A stretch of 29,418 bases of DNA from the IMG/VR virus record IMGVR_UViG_3300016466_000209, positions 1 to 29,418 of that record. One strand, 5' to 3'. The DNA comes from a virus (taxonomy: Duplodnaviria > Caudoviricetes). Made by a program: the position numbers and the translations under genes. Under the pieces are notes generated by a model that was not told where the DNA came from, did not search any database, and saw only the letters and a program-made list of their open reading frames with translations. Positions 15,124-23,388 of the stretch are shown here, in pieces. Every line of letters starts with the position of its first letter. Position 1 is the first letter of the stretch.

Positions 15124-15555
15124 ATGGCGAAGGCGAAGGCGAAGGAAAACGAGGCGGAAGTCCAAGTCCAGGTGAAACCAGGGAAGAAGATTGGAAGGCC
15201 GCAAAAAACGCTTTCAACGGAGCAGATAAAAACAGCAATCGAAGCGGCCCGCCTTGGAATACCGATGGAACGCATCGCCATCGGATGCGGGTTCCATGAT
15301 GGAGGGGGAACGTGGGCTTTGTATCTACAAAGAAACCCTTCCTTTGCTAATCAAATAAGAGAAGCGCAATTCAAGGGGGAATTGGAATTGGCTAGTGTGG
15401 TACGCTCCGCATCCAATGGTTGGCAAGGCTCCGCGTGGTTGTTAGAGCGTACTCGTGGATATGTAGCTAGGGCTTCACTAGAACATACTGGAAAGGGTGG
15501 TAAGGATTTGTCAATTAGCGGCGCACTACTAGGTGCTTTCGGTAATACTAAATAA
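15124..15555 (+). CDS. terS: Putative terminase small subunit
   Basis: GRP..L motif plus HTH, WQGSAWLLER motif and LEHTG tail. Immediately upstream of terL. Confidence 0.7.
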   Translation: MAKAKAKENEAEVQVQVKPGKKIGRPQKTLSTEQIKTAIEAARLGIPMERIAIGCGFHDGGGTWALYLQRNPSFANQIREAQFKGELELASVVRSASNGWQGSAWLLERTRGYVARASLEHTGKGGKDLSISGALLGAFGNTK

Positions 15556-15633
15556 AGACCACGGGGGGGGACGACCCCCAAGGTGGGGGTGGAGGTTCCC
15601 TGATACCCCCCTCTTCCAACCGCCCACAATTTT

Positions 15634-17169
15634 ATGCCTGTCAAGCAGATAAAGAGGAAACGTTCTCCATCGTTGGGGATGGGTTCTCATATTCCTGCGT
15701 GGAAGCAGCGGAAGATGTTGGAGGAGGCACAGAGGCTGGAGAACTTTCCTGAGATGATGCTTGGCCTACGGGATGTGTATCCGTGGCAGAAGGCGGTGTT
15801 GGGTGCGTTGAATGAGAAGCATGCGAAGGTGGCGTTGAAGGCTGCGAATGGGTCAGGGAAGACGAGCATGGTGGCGGCGAGTGTGGTGATTTGGCATATG
15901 CTTCGTTGGCCTGGAAGCCTCGTTGTGTGTACGGCTGGTGTGTATCGGCAGGTGGCGGATGCGTTGTGGCCGCATTTGCGGAAGATGATCAATGGGTTGG
16001 GGGGTGAGGAGAATGGGTTTTCGATCAAGGATGGTGAGGTGCGGTATGTGTATCCGAGGAAGGTGGATGGGCAGGAGTTGGTGAGTCGGTGTATTGGGTT
16101 TTCGGCTAGTAATCCTGAGAAGGCTGAGGGGTGGCATGTGCAGGGGCCGAGTGGGGATTTGTTGTATGTGGTGGATGAGGCGAAGGCTGTGCCGGACGGG
16201 ATCTTTCAGTCGATGGAGCGGTGTCAGCCGACGCGGGTGTTGTTGATGAGCAGTCCTGGTGGGAGCAGCGGGTATTTCTATGAGGTGTTTCGGAGGAATG
16301 ATGGGAAGTGGAAGACGTTTACGGTGACGGCGTATGATTGTCCGCATATTCGGAAGGAGTGGATTGAGGAGCAGGTGGCGAGGTGGGGAGAGGGTCATCC
16401 GTTGGTGCGGTCGATGATACATGCGGAGTTCATGGAGGATGACGGGAGTTTGACGGCGGTGCGGACGGCGGACTGGCAGAGGCTGGTGAGTGGCCCGCCG
16501 AAGGAGGATACGGAAGGTCACCGTTTGACTGCTGGGTGTGACTTTAGTGCTGGTGGGGATGAGAGTGTTCTCGTGGTGCGGCATGGGAACGTGGTGAAGG
16601 GGCTGGTGAGGTGGCGGGACAAGGACACGATGGCGAGTGTGGGGAGGTTTATCAGTGAGTTTCGGAAGTGGAAGTTGAAGGCGGAGGATGTGTATGCGGA
16701 TGTGGGTGGGATGGGGATCGTGATGTGCGACGCTCTCCGAGCGGAGGGGTGGGATGTGAGGCGGGTGAATTTTGGGGAGCGGGCGATTCGGGATGATCAG
16801 TTTGTGAATCGTGCGGCGGAGATGTGGATTGAGTTTGGTCGGATGGTGGAGGAGGGGAAGGTGAACTTGGGGCCTGTTGGGAATGACGAGGTTCTTCTCC
16901 AGCAGTTGGTGACCCGGAAGGTGCGGACGAATGGGAAGGGGAAGCTGACGTTGGAGGGGAAGGACGAGTTGAGGGCGAGGGGGATCAACAGTCCTGATCG
17001 TGCGGATGCGTTGGTGCTGGCGTTCTGTGGTGGTGGTGGGAAGCGGATGGATGAGTATCTGAGGGCGGTGGGAGAGGATGGGAGGAGCTTGTTGGAGCGG
17101 ATGGAGGAGGAGATTGGCCCACTGGAGCCGGAGGGGGTTGCGCTTGCTGGATGTGAGGTAGGGGGGTAG
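15634..17169 (+). CDS. terL: Terminase large subunit
   Basis: YPWQ, ANGSGKT Walker A, YVVDEA Walker B, MSSP, nuclease GCDFS..GDES and SPDRADA. Confidence 0.93.
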   Translation: MPVKQIKRKRSPSLGMGSHIPAWKQRKMLEEAQRLENFPEMMLGLRDVYPWQKAVLGALNEKHAKVALKAANGSGKTSMVAASVVIWHMLRWPGSLVVCTAGVYRQVADALWPHLRKMINGLGGEENGFSIKDGEVRYVYPRKVDGQELVSRCIGFSASNPEKAEGWHVQGPSGDLLYVVDEAKAVPDGIFQSMERCQPTRVLLMSSPGGSSGYFYEVFRRNDGKWKTFTVTAYDCPHIRKEWIEEQVARWGEGHPLVRSMIHAEFMEDDGSLTAVRTADWQRLVSGPPKEDTEGHRLTAGCDFSAGGDESVLVVRHGNVVKGLVRWRDKDTMASVGRFISEFRKWKLKAEDVYADVGGMGIVMCDALRAEGWDVRRVNFGERAIRDDQFVNRAAEMWIEFGRMVEEGKVNLGPVGNDEVLLQQLVTRKVRTNGKGKLTLEGKDELRARGINSPDRADALVLAFCGGGGKRMDEYLRAVGEDGRSLLERMEEEIGPLEPEGVALAGCEVGG

Positions 17170-17186
17170 GAAGGGGTGAAGGATTT

Positions 17187-19070
17187 ATGATGACCGAAAA
17201 GGGGCGGAGTGATTTGCAGGGGCAGATACTGACGAGTATCGAGCAGCGGAGTCCTTGGGAGTTGCGGCAGACTCGGTGGTATGAGTTGCGGCATCATGGG
17301 CTTCGGCGGACGAACAAGCCGTGGCCGAAGGCTGCGGACCTGCATTGGCCGTTGATTGACACGGCGATTGAGAAGCTGAAGCCGTTGTTCCTCCAGCAGG
17401 CGTTGGGGATGGATGTTGTGGCCAGCTTTGTCCCGATGAGGCAGCAGTTGAACAGCTACACCAAAGTGGCTGAGGACTGGTTCAACTACAAGATTCGGGA
17501 GAAGACGAACTTTGTGGATGAGGTGTTGAGCTGGGTGGATTACACGCTGATGAGTGGGCGTGGGGTGATGAAGTGTTTCTGGAATCCTGGGGACAAGAGG
17601 GTGGGGTTTGAGGCGGTGGATCCGATGTATTTCGTGGTGCCGCCGTACACCACGGATTTGCAGGATGCGGATTGGGCGGTGCATGTGATGCCGATGAGTG
17701 TGGGTGCGTACAAGCGCATGGCTGGCCAGTTTGGTTGGAAGGCGGACTCGAAGACGATCCAGCGGATCCGTGGGAACCCGCAGGAGGACGACAACATTCC
17801 GGGTGCGGCGAGTGAGAATGACGCGAAGCAACTGCGTGAGGGGATTACTTACACGAGCAACACCGATGGGGTGATCATCTGGGAGGTGTATCGGAAGACG
17901 GATGCTGGGAAGTGGGAGGTGTATCTTTACAGTCCTGCGGCTGTGGATCTGGATCTGCGGGATCCCATGGAGTTGCCGTATGACCATGGGCAGTGTCCGT
18001 TCGTGGATTTCCCGTATGAGATCAAGGACAAGGGGTGGTTTAGTCCGCGGGGTGTGTGTGAGATCTTGGCTCCGTTTGAGTTGAGCATGACCTCGATGTG
18101 GAACCACAAGCATGATGCGATGACGTTGTACAACCGTCCGTTGTTCCGGGCGGAGCGGGAGTTGCCGAACAGCATCAATCTGCGGTTTCAGCCGGGGCAG
18201 ATCCTGCCGTATGGGGTGGCTCCGGTGCAGATGCCGCAGCCGCCGGTGAGTTTCGATCAGGAGTTGAACCAGACTCGGGCGGTGGCTGAGAACCGGATTG
18301 GGAGCCCGGACTACACGATGGGCAGTGTGATGAGTGGTGGCAGCGACCGGAGGACGGCGACGGAGATCCAGAGCATCAATGCGCAGGCGATGCAGAGTGG
18401 GGATTTGCGGGCGCGGTTGTTCCGCATGGCGTTGGGCAAGCTGTATCGTCAGGCGTGGTCGTTGTATGTGCAGTACGACAGCAAGAGTCTGAGGTATCGG
18501 TTTGCGGAGGATTCGTTGGAAGCGGATCCGGTGGCGTTGCATGACCAGTATGAGTTGGAGCCGAAGGGTGGGATGGACATGGTGAGTCGTCAGGTGATGG
18601 TGCAGCAGGCCATCAATCGGAAGCAGTTGTTCATGAACTCGCCTTGGGTGGATCAGGTGGAGTTGGACAAGAGCATCATGGAGTTGGATGATCCGAGTCT
18701 GGTGAAGCGGTTGCTGCGGGATCCTGGGCAGAAGCAGGTGGATGAGTTGGAGGATGAGGCGAAGACGATCCCGACGCTGCTCGTGGGTGTGCCTGTGCCT
18801 GCGAAGCCTGGTCAGAACTATGCGGGGAGGATCGGGGTGTTGATGCAGTATCTGAATGGGGCGATGCAGCAGGGGCAGGTGTTGAGTCCTGTGGCGAAGA
18901 ATGCGTTCATGAGCCGGCTGGACAGTCTGCTACAGGCTTACGAGCAGGTGGCGACGAATGAGGCGCGGAAGCTGCGGAAGGAGATCCAGAAGTTTTTTGA
19001 GAGTACGGGGATGCTCGCGGCCCAGCAGGCCCCGGCCCCGGCCCCGGCCCCTGTTCCTGCTGTCCAATGA
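17187..19070 (+). CDS. Portal protein
   Basis: 627 aa directly after terL; G.G..K..W, EAVDP..F.VPP and RTATEI motifs of P22/podovirus-type portals. Confidence 0.85.
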   Translation: MMTEKGRSDLQGQILTSIEQRSPWELRQTRWYELRHHGLRRTNKPWPKAADLHWPLIDTAIEKLKPLFLQQALGMDVVASFVPMRQQLNSYTKVAEDWFNYKIREKTNFVDEVLSWVDYTLMSGRGVMKCFWNPGDKRVGFEAVDPMYFVVPPYTTDLQDADWAVHVMPMSVGAYKRMAGQFGWKADSKTIQRIRGNPQEDDNIPGAASENDAKQLREGITYTSNTDGVIIWEVYRKTDAGKWEVYLYSPAAVDLDLRDPMELPYDHGQCPFVDFPYEIKDKGWFSPRGVCEILAPFELSMTSMWNHKHDAMTLYNRPLFRAERELPNSINLRFQPGQILPYGVAPVQMPQPPVSFDQELNQTRAVAENRIGSPDYTMGSVMSGGSDRRTATEIQSINAQAMQSGDLRARLFRMALGKLYRQAWSLYVQYDSKSLRYRFAEDSLEADPVALHDQYELEPKGGMDMVSRQVMVQQAINRKQLFMNSPWVDQVELDKSIMELDDPSLVKRLLRDPGQKQVDELEDEAKTIPTLLVGVPVPAKPGQNYAGRIGVLMQYLNGAMQQGQVLSPVAKNAFMSRLDSLLQAYEQVATNEARKLRKEIQKFFESTGMLAAQQAPAPAPAPVPAVQ

Positions 19071-19330
19071 CCTGTAGAGATTGTCGATACTGTGCTGCCG
19101 ATGGAACCTGCCGGAGGTATCCGCCGAGTGGCAGACCCACTTGTTGGCCTACTGTCCATGCGATGGACTGGTGTGGCGAGTTCCAGGCGATTCCGGCTCC
19201 GCCCCCGCCGCCGCCGCCGCCGATGATGGAGCAGCTTGAGGAGGGTGTTCCTCCGAAGGTTCGGTTCCAGAAGGCGAGGACCAATGGGACGTTGAAGGAG
19301 ATCCAAGAATCACCGCTGTTCCAATCCTGA
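19067..19330 (+). CDS. Cys-rich hypothetical protein with poly-Pro linker
   Basis: CRDCRY..G.CRRYPP..WP.V...DWCGEF motif seen in phage proteins. Confidence 0.7.
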   Translation: MTCRDCRYCAADGTCRRYPPSGRPTCWPTVHAMDWCGEFQAIPAPPPPPPPPMMEQLEEGVPPKVRFQKARTNGTLKEIQESPLFQS

Positions 19331-19331
19331 T

Positions 19332-19577
19332 ATGGCTGAGTACCAAGGCAAGAAGGTGACGTTGAACAAGCCGTTCTACACGCCCGGCGAGGCGAAGAAG
19401 AAGGCTGTGTATGTCCGCAATCCGAAGGGGACTGTGATCAAGGTCCGGTTCGGTGATCCGAAGATGGAGATCAAGAAGGATGATCCGGGTCGGCGGAAGA
19501 ACTTTCGTGCGCGGCACAACTGCGACACGGCGACGGATCCAACGAAGCCGAGAACGTGGTCGTGCCGAGCATGGTAA
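19332..19577 (+). CDS. Conserved small basic phage protein
   Basis: AEYQGKKVTLNKP...VRFGDP...RRKNFRARHNC...WSC..W, a widespread aquatic-phage family. Confidence 0.8.
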   Translation: MAEYQGKKVTLNKPFYTPGEAKKKAVYVRNPKGTVIKVRFGDPKMEIKKDDPGRRKNFRARHNCDTATDPTKPRTWSCRAW

Positions 19578-19589
19578 CCACATAACCAC

Positions 19590-19751
19590 ATGAAGAAGAA
19601 ACCCACGAAGTTCAGCAAGTTGGCCACGCAGCTCAAGAAGGAGGGCGCGGATGATCCGAAGGCTCTGGCCGCTTGGATCGGGCGCAAGAAGCTCGGGGCT
19701 GCGGAGTTCATGCGCCGTGCGGCTGCCGGTCGGAAGAAGGCCGCGAAATGA
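19590..19751 (+). CDS. Small basic protein (53 aa), not in the ORF track
   Basis: Read by hand: MKKKPTKFSKLATQLKKEGADDPKALAAWIGRKKLGAAEFMRRAAAGRKKAAK; ATGA overlap with the next gene. Confidence 0.7.
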   Translation: MKKKPTKFSKLATQLKKEGADDPKALAAWIGRKKLGAAEFMRRAAAGRKKAAK

Positions 19752-20071
19752 TCAGCTTCATTGGCCGACTGCGAGCGGCTTGGACATTTGGTCGTCATCA
19801 GAAGTGGGTGGACCCGCTTCCGTGGGGCAAGGAGGAGGCGATGGCATTGAACGCATTCCTCAGGTCTGACGTGGGCAAGAAGTTCAAGGACGCCCTGTTG
19901 AACACGGTCCTGATGCAGAACGCTTCTGCGATTACGGACCGAAACCATTTGCAATACTCGGCTGGGTTTGCAATGGGTCAGGCCAGTCTTGTGAAGGTCA
20001 TCGAAGTGATGGCCGATCAGGAATCAATTACGGGACAGGATACTGATCCGGATTCTGTCACGAACACATAG
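19748..20071 (+). CDS. Hypothetical head-region protein
   Basis: ATGA-coupled start MISFIGRL; lies just before the scaffold. Confidence 0.7.
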   Translation: MISFIGRLRAAWTFGRHQKWVDPLPWGKEEAMALNAFLRSDVGKKFKDALLNTVLMQNASAITDRNHLQYSAGFAMGQASLVKVIEVMADQESITGQDTDPDSVTNT

Positions 20072-20124
20072 GATCAAAGTTGCGGTTGTTGGTCTGTGCG
20101 GGCCAGCAAACGAGTGATAGCACA

Positions 20125-21060
20125 ATGTCAGACGAAACTCAGAACACAGCGATGGATGCCAATGCGATGCTCGCACTGGCCAACGACTTCGATGCTGGTG
20201 TCGATGTTGACAATCGGAGTACGGAGCAGCCGGAAACCAAACAGGAGGTTGCTCCAGCCGAGAAGGAAACCACAGAAGTGGAGTCCGCCGGGAAAGAGGT
20301 TGAGAACACGGCCAAGAGCGAGAGTAAGCAGGAGCAGAAGCCGCCCGCTGAGCAGAAGCGGGATTCCAAGTTTGCCCAGGAGCAACAGCGAAAGGCCAAG
20401 ACTTGGGAGCAGATCAACGCCGAGAAGGAGGCCATCAAGGCCGAGCGCGAGGCGGTGAAACGGGAGCGGGAGGAATGGCAGAAGCAGAGGGAGCAATCCC
20501 AGGTTGCGGAAGCCAATTCCTTCAGGGATGACAAGGGCTACACGGCGGAGGACTACGAGGCTGCGGCCAAGGAGTTCGATGCCGATGGCGATACCCAGTT
20601 GGCCAAGGCAGCGCGAGCCAAGGCCGAAGGGGTTCGCAAGTCCGCGTCCCAGCAGGCGCAGAAGGTCCAGCAGGAGCGCATGGCAAAGCAGTGGGCTGAC
20701 AACTACAATCGATTGGCCGACAAGGAGCCGTGGTTGAAGGATCAGTCGAGTGCCGAGTACAAGCGGACTGTTGAGATTCTCCAGCGTGTGCCGTTCCTCA
20801 CGGGGATGCCGGATGGACTCGTCCATGCGGTTGAACTGATGAAGCTGCAAGATACCGCTGGCAAAGCTCAGTCGCTTGAGAGCGAGAACAAAGCTCTCAA
20901 GGAACAGTTGGAAAAGCTCCAGCAGAAGACAGCTATCGGGAAGAGCATTCCGGCAGGACAACTCAAGGCCGAGGAGAAGGATTTCTCCAAGCTGTCCCTC
21001 AAGGAGCAGAGGGAGGCACTCATGCGAGCGTCGAGGGAGTTCGACCGGGAAGCGGCCTGA
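20125..21060 (+). CDS. Capsid scaffolding protein
   Basis: Glu/Lys/Gln-rich coiled coil directly upstream of the MCP; likely start MSDETQ at 20125. Confidence 0.75.
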   Translation: MSDETQNTAMDANAMLALANDFDAGVDVDNRSTEQPETKQEVAPAEKETTEVESAGKEVENTAKSESKQEQKPPAEQKRDSKFAQEQQRKAKTWEQINAEKEAIKAEREAVKREREEWQKQREQSQVAEANSFRDDKGYTAEDYEAAAKEFDADGDTQLAKAARAKAEGVRKSASQQAQKVQQERMAKQWADNYNRLADKEPWLKDQSSAEYKRTVEILQRVPFLTGMPDGLVHAVELMKLQDTAGKAQSLESENKALKEQLEKLQQKTAIGKSIPAGQLKAEEKDFSKLSLKEQREALMRASREFDREAA

Positions 21061-21081
21061 TGGCACAACCACAACTACAAT

Positions 21082-22230
21082 ATGCCAGTCACGACCTCAA
21101 CTACGCTTACTAACCAGTTCCAGAACTACTTCAGCAAGGAGCTGCTCAGCATCGTCACTCAGGAGACGATCCTCGATCAGTTCGGCATGAAGGCCCCGAT
21201 CCCCAAGAACAACGGCAACAAGGCCATCTCGATGTTCCGCTTCGGTGCGCCGAGCATCGGCAGCGTTCAGTCTTTGACCGAGGGTACGGCCATCGCCTCG
21301 GCCAACTACCGCGCTCTCGCGCTGAACAAGCTCGACAAGAGTCTGTCGCAGTACGGTCAGGTCATCGGCCTCACGGACATCCTCCGCGCCACCGACCTGT
21401 TCAACTCGCTCCAGCAGGCCACCAAGACCAGCGGTCTGGACATGGCCCTCTGGGTTGACTCGGTGATCCGCAACACGCTGATCGGCTCCAACCTCACGGC
21501 CAGCGGTTCGTCCATCGGTTCCGCTGCCGAGGGTGGTGGCACGTTCGACAACTCGGATGCCTGTAACACCGCCGCCGGTTCCGGTGGCATCAAGGTGTAC
21601 GGCAACCCGGCCACGCTGACCACGCAGACCTTCTCTGCGCTGAACAGCGACACGACCGCCGCCAACACCACGATGACCGCCTCGGCTGTCCTCGATTCCA
21701 TGACCCGGCTGAAGCGCAACCGCGCCCCGCTGATCAATGGCGGCTACGTCCTCGCCACCGATCCCCGCGTGGCCCGCGACCTGATGCGCGACAGCGACTG
21801 GTTGAACGCCTCCAACTACGGCAACAAGGGCCAGCCGTTCTACAAGGGCGAGGTCGGCTCCATCTACGGTTGCCGCGTCGTCACCCAGACCAACTCGTTC
21901 GTCAGCACCGGCTCCGGTACGGCGAGCGACGAGTTCGTCTATCAGGCGACTGCCGCTGGCGGTGGTCTGGCCGTCAGCAAGGACATCATCGCTTCGTTCT
22001 TCTTCGGCAGCGAGGCGTTCGGCATCCCTGCCCTGACCGGTGATGATCCGCTCTCCCCGAAGATCGTGATCACCGACACCCCGGACAAGAGCGACCCGCT
22101 GAACCAGCTCGTCACGGTCGGCGTGAAGCTCTACTTCGCCACGCTCCGTCTGGCCGCTGGTAACACTGGTTCCACCGGCAACCCGGTCTGGTACCTGGTG
22201 CATCGTACGAAGACCTCGACCACGCTGTAA
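21082..22230 (+). CDS. Major capsid protein (N4-gp56-like, HK97 fold)
   Basis: IPKNNG, LTEG, QYG, GEVGSIYGCRVV and DPLNQ..T.G.K motifs; strongly biased codon usage. Confidence 0.9.
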   Translation: MPVTTSTTLTNQFQNYFSKELLSIVTQETILDQFGMKAPIPKNNGNKAISMFRFGAPSIGSVQSLTEGTAIASANYRALALNKLDKSLSQYGQVIGLTDILRATDLFNSLQQATKTSGLDMALWVDSVIRNTLIGSNLTASGSSIGSAAEGGGTFDNSDACNTAAGSGGIKVYGNPATLTTQTFSALNSDTTAANTTMTASAVLDSMTRLKRNRAPLINGGYVLATDPRVARDLMRDSDWLNASNYGNKGQPFYKGEVGSIYGCRVVTQTNSFVSTGSGTASDEFVYQATAAGGGLAVSKDIIASFFFGSEAFGIPALTGDDPLSPKIVITDTPDKSDPLNQLVTVGVKLYFATLRLAAGNTGSTGNPVWYLVHRTKTSTTL

Positions 22231-22625
22231 TGAAACCCAAGACGGCCACCATCATGGTGATTGCCGTCGGCCCAAAGGGGCATCATCGAGCAATCGGTGG
22301 TGCCCCTTCTCATTCCGCTTGCGGATGCGAAGAGGCCGACAACAATGCGCCCATGATTTCGATTCCTATCGAGGCTCTCTCCACCGATATGGAGGATGGC
22401 GAGCAGGCCATGCCCGAGGTCGGTGACGAGGTTCTTCTGGATGATGTTCGCGGTGTACTGAAGAAGCTCGACAACGGAGAAGCCTACATCGAGATCCGTA
22501 GCGTCAACGGCATGCCCGCCGAGTACGAGAAGACCGGTGAAGATGCCATGGAAGCCAAGAAGCCCATGGACAAGGAAGGCATGCGGAAGATGGCCGAGGA
22601 GTACGACAGCGAGATGGAGAGCTAA
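22230..22625 (+). CDS. Acidic hypothetical protein
   Basis: TAATG-coupled to the MCP; PEVGDEV motif. Confidence 0.65.
   Translation: MKPKTATIMVIAVGPKGHHRAIGGAPSHSACGCEEADNNAPMISIPIEALSTDMEDGEQAMPEVGDEVLLDDVRGVLKKLDNGEAYIEIRSVNGMPAEYEKTGEDAMEAKKPMDKEGMRKMAEEYDSEMES
22275..22315 (+). terminator. Terminator/attenuator-like hairpin after the major capsid gene
   Basis: AAGGGGCATCATCGA-GCAA-TCGGTGGTGCCCCTT: 15-bp stem with G-U pairs and a GNRA loop, followed by a weak pyrimidine tail CTCATT. Confidence 0.6.
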
Positions 22626-22626
22626 G

Positions 22627-22881
22627 ATGCCGATCTACACCTTCGAGAACAAAGGCCGGTCCATCGAGCATATCGCTCCGATGGGAACCGATTCCATTGT
22701 GATCAAAGGCGAACGCTGGCAGAGACAGCCGGTGGCCCGCTTCGGGGTCACCGGTTTTGCCCGCGAGGCCGAGCTGAAGGATCATGTGAAGAAAGGGTTC
22801 AGCCGGTTGGAGGATCGGCAGGGCTCGCGCTTTGAGAGTACTTTCACCAAGAATCAGATTCGGAAGATTTGGGACATATGA
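22627..22881 (+). CDS. Hypothetical protein (FmdB-like N-terminus without cysteines)
   Basis: MPIYTF start typical of the FmdB-like small phage proteins; ATGA overlap with the next gene. Confidence 0.6.
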   Translation: MPIYTFENKGRSIEHIAPMGTDSIVIKGERWQRQPVARFGVTGFAREAELKDHVKKGFSRLEDRQGSRFESTFTKNQIRKIWDI

Positions 22882-23144
22882 GCGACGTATCAAACCAAGC
22901 CATTCAGTATTCGATGGGAGTTGCCGGTGGCCGACTCGTGCAGGACACGGCCAGCTACACCGGTCCGTTCGTTGCGCTGACGTTCCTCGCTCCGACGGTG
23001 ATCTCCAGCATCAGCGGGGCGAACATCGTCGGCACCTTCTCGACCGTGACGATCCCGGCTGGCGTCACGATTCAAGCCCCGATCACCAGCTTCCAGCTTT
23101 CGAGCGGTGTGGTGTGGGCCACGAATGGCGTGATCCAGTCCTGA
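22878..23144 (+). CDS. Small beta-rich structural protein
   Basis: TIPAG.TI...ITSFQLSSG.V.A pattern; located in the virion operon. Confidence 0.65.
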   Translation: MSDVSNQAIQYSMGVAGGRLVQDTASYTGPFVALTFLAPTVISSISGANIVGTFSTVTIPAGVTIQAPITSFQLSSGVVWATNGVIQS

Positions 23145-23150
23145 TGACCT

Positions 23151-23387
23151 GTGACTACCCTGGCTCTAGGAACTCGGTTGGCATCGGCGGGTGGCGGTGG
23201 CGTCATTCCGGTTGATCCTCCGATCCTTCGCCGAGACCTGTTGCAGGAGGACGACTTCTTCGTCCTGTTGGAAGATGCGAGCAAGATCGTTCTCAGTCTT
23301 GGAACCTATGATCGAATTGCCACTGAGCAGGGCACTGATCTGCTCCTCACCGAAGATTCAAGCAAGTTCATTCTAACCGTTTATTGA
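23151..23387 (+). CDS. Small fibre-adaptor-like protein
   Basis: Repeated LL.ED motifs (LLQEDD, LLEDAS, LLTEDSS) preceding a fibre gene. Confidence 0.6.
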   Translation: MTTLALGTRLASAGGGGVIPVDPPILRRDLLQEDDFFVLLEDASKIVLSLGTYDRIATEQGTDLLLTEDSSKFILTVY

Positions 23388-23388
23388 T

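Noticed and set aside
16797-18542. 581-aa antisense ORF over terL/portal (also 15853-16584)
   Set aside because: His/Pro/Leu-rich shadow caused by the G/T skew of the sense genes.
19028-19222. (GGCCCC)n and (CCG)n repeats as phase-variation tracts
   Set aside because: Unit lengths are multiples of three and encode Ala-Pro and poly-Pro linkers, so slippage would not switch frame.
21097-22203. Long antisense ORFs over the MCP, scaffold (20128-21072) and gene 1 (304-1434)
   Set aside because: Typical high-GC antisense shadows of strongly codon-biased genes.
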